From assembly GCA_947496715.1 (NCBI GenBank), contig CANMDT010000003.1, positions 13,112-77,111 of the forward strand: a DNA stretch of 64,000 nucleotides, given 5' to 3'. This DNA comes from Myxococcales bacterium. Lineage in GTDB: Bacteria; Myxococcota_A; Bradymonadia; REDH01. Below, piece after piece: positions 63,967 through 64,000 of this stretch. The notes under the pieces were generated by a model. That model searched no databases. It saw only the letters and a program-made list of their open reading frames with translations, and was not told where the DNA came from. Each line of letters begins with the position of its first letter. The first letter of the stretch is position 1. The position numbers and the translations under genes were made by a program.

Positions 63967-64000
63967 GTGGCAGCCGTGCATGCGTTGGCGTTGAGGTGGC

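Overview
High-GC bacterial DNA, most likely Myxococcota/deltaproteobacterial (Myxococcus-type pilB-pilT-pilC-pilS-pilR-pilA order, a MYXO-CTERM-like tail, Cys-rich lipoproteins). From left to right: (1) a MoxR/DUF58 pair; (2) an about 8 kb putative RiPP locus (1809-9610) with a 66-aa precursor carrying an exactly spaced lasso-type leader but a Gly/Ser/Ala core that cannot form a lasso ring, plus stand-alone RRE (PqqD), lasso-B2-type peptidase, radical SAM/SPASM-like enzyme, HPr-kinase-like protein, nucleotidyltransferase, ABC exporter and a beta-propeller lipoprotein, with no lasso cyclase in the window; (3) mrp, an HDCF-type thiolase and proB; (4) an about 18 kb type IV pilus operon with two tandem paralogous major pilins and sugar-modifying genes inserted into it; (5) a battery of glycosylation genes with several GT-C-like membrane proteins; (6) a cobalamin riboswitch controlling a BtuB-like receptor and a lipoprotein; (7) topA, infA, a Fur-box-preceded feoAB operon and an unknown HExxH protein. 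I found no rRNA, tRNA, CRISPR array or transposase/integrase. All family calls come from motif recognition only; no database searches were run, and several start codons are my re-assignments of the ORF track.
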